From NCBI RefSeq assembly GCF_001194135.2, contig NC_068998.1, positions 140,235-192,666 of the forward strand: a stretch of DNA of 52,432 nt, given 5' to 3'. The position numbers were made by a program, and so were the translations under genes. Of the stretch, positions 48,650-52,432 are shown in pieces; within the stretch, counting starts at the first letter, position 1; each line of letters opens with the position of its first letter. Under the pieces are notes generated by a model. It had not been told where the DNA came from and made no database searches. It saw nothing but the letters and a program-made list of their open reading frames with translations. This DNA is from Octopus bimaculoides (taxonomy: Eukaryota).

Positions 48650-49850
48650 TAGGTTGTGACTTTCTTCGTTTCTGATCCTAACTGATTGGAAGTGTTAACA
48701 TGTACATACTTTATTTTTGTGTAAAAGATGCGCTATAGCAAATATTCTGCCCAGTACCACAGATTTGTCTCTCAGTTACTTGACCAAGCAGTTGAGTATA
48801 TCCCTTGGTGGCTGACAATATGTACATCTTTGATCATGAGTAGGAGTAGTGGGGAAGCATCATAGCCATGTGTTGAGAGGAATTCTCTCTGGAAGCATAG
48901 ATATTTTGTCCATCATCCTTAAACAACCCTTATTCAGAGACCTTTTAAGCAGAATGGACAACTTGGCTTGAAGAAAACCCTTACTGGGCCCACCTGCAAG
49001 GTCATGCGCTGTGCATCTTGATATGAGATCACCATGTGGCGCACATGTGGCTGCGATGCATGTGTGTCACGCACATATGGCTGCGATGCATGTGTGTCAC
49101 GCACATATANNNNNNNNNNNNNNNNNNNNNNNNNNNNNNNNNNNNNNNNNNNNNNNNNNNNNNNNNNNNNNNNNNNNNNNNNNNNNNNNNNNNNNNNNNN
49201 NNNNNNNNNNNNNNNNNNNNNNNNNNNNNNNNNNNNNNNNNNNNNNNNNNNNNNNNNNNNNNNNNNNNNNNNNNNNNNNNNNNNNNNNNNNNNNNNNNNN
49301 NNNNNNNNNNNNNNNNNNNNNNNNNNNNNNNNNNNNNNNNNNNNNNNNNNNNNNNNNNNNNNNNNNNNNNNNNNNNNNNNNNNNNNNNNNNNNNNNNNNN
49401 NNNNNNNNNNNNNNNNNNNNNNNNNNNNNNNNNNNNNNNNNNNNNNNNNNNNNNNNNNNNNNNNNNNNNNNNNNNNNNNNNNNNNNNNNNNNNNNNNNNN
49501 NNNNNNNNNNNNNNNNNNNNNNNNNNNNNNNNNNNNNNNNNNNNNNNNNNNNNNNNNNNNNNNNNNNNNNNNNNNNNNNNNNNNNNNNNNNNCATGTGTG
49601 TCACGCACATGTGGCTGCGATGCATGTGTGTCACGCACATGTGGCTGCGATGCATGTGTGTCACGCACATGTGGCTGCGATGCATGTGTGTCACGCACAT
49701 GTGGCTGCGATGCATGTGTGTCACGCACATATGGCTGCGATGCATGTGTGTCACGCACATATAGTCATGATGGCTATAATGAGCTTCGTAAATTTATACC
49801 CCAGTGTTACTTTGATGGCGTCTGCTGCTCACTCACTCAATGATAACAGT
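48650..49850 (+). mobile_element. Interspersed retroelement 3' region hosting the 30-bp minisatellite
   Basis: GC-richer unique flanks lie on both sides of the array and end in CTCACTCAATGATAACAGTAATA, a degenerate (AAT)n-like tail. The flanks resemble an abundant octopus repeat as I recall it; this is unverified. Confidence 0.45.
49041..49763. repeat. 30-bp minisatellite GCACATGTGGCTGCGATGCATGTGTGTCAC (2 full copies left of the gap, 5 right)
   Basis: Unit starts at 49041, 49071, 49605, 49635, 49665, 49695 and 49725. There are no spacers. Confidence 0.95.
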
Positions 49851-50455
49851 AATAGATTTCAAATTATATATATATATATATTTGTTGTATATGTAAACTC
49901 GTTTCCTTTCATATTTTCTCATTTCAAATCTAAAATCCTTAACCCGCTTTACACTGAAAAGATTGTTAACTCCTTTTGTGTTTGTAGTCCTCCAGAGGGC
50001 ATTCTCCGCCACATACTTCACTCACACACCTGAGTATTCTACAGAACATCGACTGGTATTAGACATCGAAATTCTGTTTCCTACACAAACCTCATTCTAT
50101 CATTCATATATAAAAACCATGAATCAAATTAGTTTATTTACACCTCAAGCATTCTGAAGGTCGCAAGAAACACGACGAGGCTTCTAAGTGCCTGATCTTT
50201 ATTAACAAATACCAGCACTCTACCCCATGTTATGGAGTACTTTACGTTAAATTGTGTTGTTTTTTTAATGGTTATCTTGTGCGTGCGCGTGTGCGTTTAT
50301 GGGTGGGGCAGGGAATAAAACGGTCGTGGGAGGAGAGCAGGAGTGGCAGTCTGGATATCATCTTTACAACTGTGTCACCAGGCAGGTGGCCAGTCTAAAC
50401 AAACAGTGAACATCCATCCATTAAGGCAAGAATTCACACATGCACGAACAGACAT

Positions 50456-50493
<38 letters not shown>

Positions 50494-50814
50494 TTACTCG
50501 CTTACGTAAAGGTGTACTTATGTGTTTAAAGATATATATTCCTGAAGGCATCCACCCCTCCATCCGCCCACGTATACATAGATATTCGTACAGTTTATAG
50601 ATGCACAGTTTTATGAATATGCCTACCTATATGCAGCTTTATATTTTCAGTCTTACATGAGGAAAATAACTTTCACTCCAGTATTGGTGTATCGCAACTT
50701 CGCCGCTACCTTAAATCTATTCGTGCTAAAGTAAACAACAGCTTCTTAATTTAAACAGATGGCGCAGCAAAGATTTTCGCTGTCATTTTTGATCAAACTT
50801 AGAAACTAGAGAGG

Positions 50815-50851
<37 letters not shown>

Positions 50852-51625
50852 NNNNNNNNNNNNNNNNNNNNNNNNNNNNNNNNNNNNNNNNNNNNNNNNN
50901 NNNNNNNNNNNNNNNNNNNNNNNNNNNNNNNNNNNNNNNNNNNNNNNNNNNNNNNNNNNNNNNNNNNNNNNNNNNNNNNNNNNNNNNNNNNNNNNNNNNN
51001 NNNNNNNNNNNNNNNNNNNNNNNNNNNNNNNNNNNNNNNNNNNNNNNNNNNNNNNNNNNNNNNNNNNNNNNNNNNNNNNNNNNNNNNNNNNNNNNNNNNN
51101 NNNNNNNNNNNNNNNNNNNNNNNNNNNNNNNNNNNNNNNNNNNNNNNNNNNNNNNNNNNNNNNNNNNNNNNNNNNNNNNNNNNNNNNNNNNNNNNNNNNN
51201 NNNNNNNNNNNNNNNNNNNNNNNNNNNNNNNNNNNNNNNNNNNNNNNNNNNGCAATCTACTCTGCAATTTGTACTCTTATATTCAACCACAGGTACGAAC
51301 GCGAGAGAATGAGCAAGAAAATACAAAAAATATTGGATAATCCTATACCTCGAGATTTCTACGCTCTGCAAAAAATTGCTTTGCAATATTCAGTAGAATA
51401 AACCATTAATATATCTAATATTAATATATCTTATAAATATATATGATATATATTTATCAACAGAATTGAAGATAAGATCACGTTAATGATTATATCAAGT
51501 GGTCAGCATGAAATAAAATCTTGTAGGTAATTTATATACTAAATTAATAATTATATATATAATGTGCTAAAAATAGATGCCAAAGGCGTCTATTTGCAGC
51601 ATGTTGGGGAAGGCTATATATATAG

Positions 51626-52432
51626 CTGCACCCATCTATCCACTTCACAATAGATACCAAGTACAACGAACTCCCCTTCCTAGACATCAACATCAAGATA
51701 CACAACTCCATCGTTACAACAGACATCCACTACAAAAAAACCGACACACACCAATATTTAAATTTCTACTCCTGCCACCCATCCCGCATAAAGAGAAACA
51801 TCCCATATAGTATGGCAAGACGCATATGCAGCATAGTGACCGACTCACAGACACACCACACAAGACTAGAGGAACTTAAAAACTTCCTACTAGAACAAAA
51901 ATACCCGCTCACCTTAATAGAAAACGGAATCGAAAGAGCAACAAAACTAGAAATCACACAACTCAGAACACCAAAAAAGAAAAACAAAGAAAACATCATC
52001 CCTTTCATTAACACACACAACCCTACAATCACCAACATGTTTCACATTATACACTGAAACCTACCAATAATCCAACAAAGCCCCAAAATGGAAAACCTAT
52101 TAAACAAACATTGCATAAAAAACAGTAAACGCCAAGAAAAAAACTTTAAAAAACACCTTACAAGAGCGAAATTCTCAGCAGAGAATAAAACCGAATTCTA
52201 CGTAAAAGAGTGTGGAGATGGTAGATGTGGAACCTGCAGCAACCCCATCTACAAATATATAGAGGGGAACAAACAGATAAAATTTAAGAGTGGTCACACA
52301 TTCAATGTAAATGCAGACATGAACTGCAAGACGCAGAGTGTAATATACTGCATAACCTGCCCCACATGCAAGGAGAATTATATAGGTGAAACTGGAAATT
52401 CCTTATGTCAACGAGCCAGAATTCACCGGCAA
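51626..52432 (+). mobile_element. Penelope-like element ORF fragment: RT C-terminus/thumb, linker and GIY-YIG endonuclease; truncated by the window edge
   Basis: One frame reads LHPSIHFTID..NELPFLDINI...TDIHYKKTDTHQYLNFYSCHPSRIKRNIPYSMARRICSIV...KECGDGRCGTC...DMNCKTQSVIYCITCPTCKENYIGETGNSLCQRARIHRQ. There is a single in-frame TGA at 52055-52057 and no frameshift. Confidence 0.93.

Overview
Repeat-dominated, AT-rich, non-coding eukaryotic DNA. An animal origin is clear; a coleoid cephalopod such as Octopus is inferred from the tRNA-derived SINE families, the LINE peptides and the extreme microsatellite density. I cannot support any intact host protein-coding gene, tRNA, rRNA or CRISPR array. 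Almost every ORF in the track is a microsatellite or N-gap artefact. What can be identified is a set of decayed transposons. These are two mariner (Tc1/mariner) copies in opposite orientation, three 3' fragments of an R4/Dong-type restriction-like-endonuclease LINE, two L1/Tx1-type ORF2 fragments, an RTE-like RT fragment, and two Penelope-like (GIY-YIG) fragments, one nearly intact and running off the right edge. There are also many SINEs and tandem arrays with periods of 16, 19, 29, 30, about 54, 108 and 159 bp. Twelve assembly gaps (8234-8300, 13096-13283, 15706-15935, 18381-18662, 23945-23954, 30181-30853, 41205-41676, 42554-42563, 45728-45756, 47955-48045, 49110-49592, 50852-51251) all abut simple or tandem repeats. 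I found no convincing novel biological system. The most interesting signals are structural: a ~640-bp fold-back, a head-to-head LINE pair able to form long dsRNA, a miRNA-sized hairpin, a cluster of CRE sites on a perfect hairpin, and minisatellites arising inside retroelement ends.
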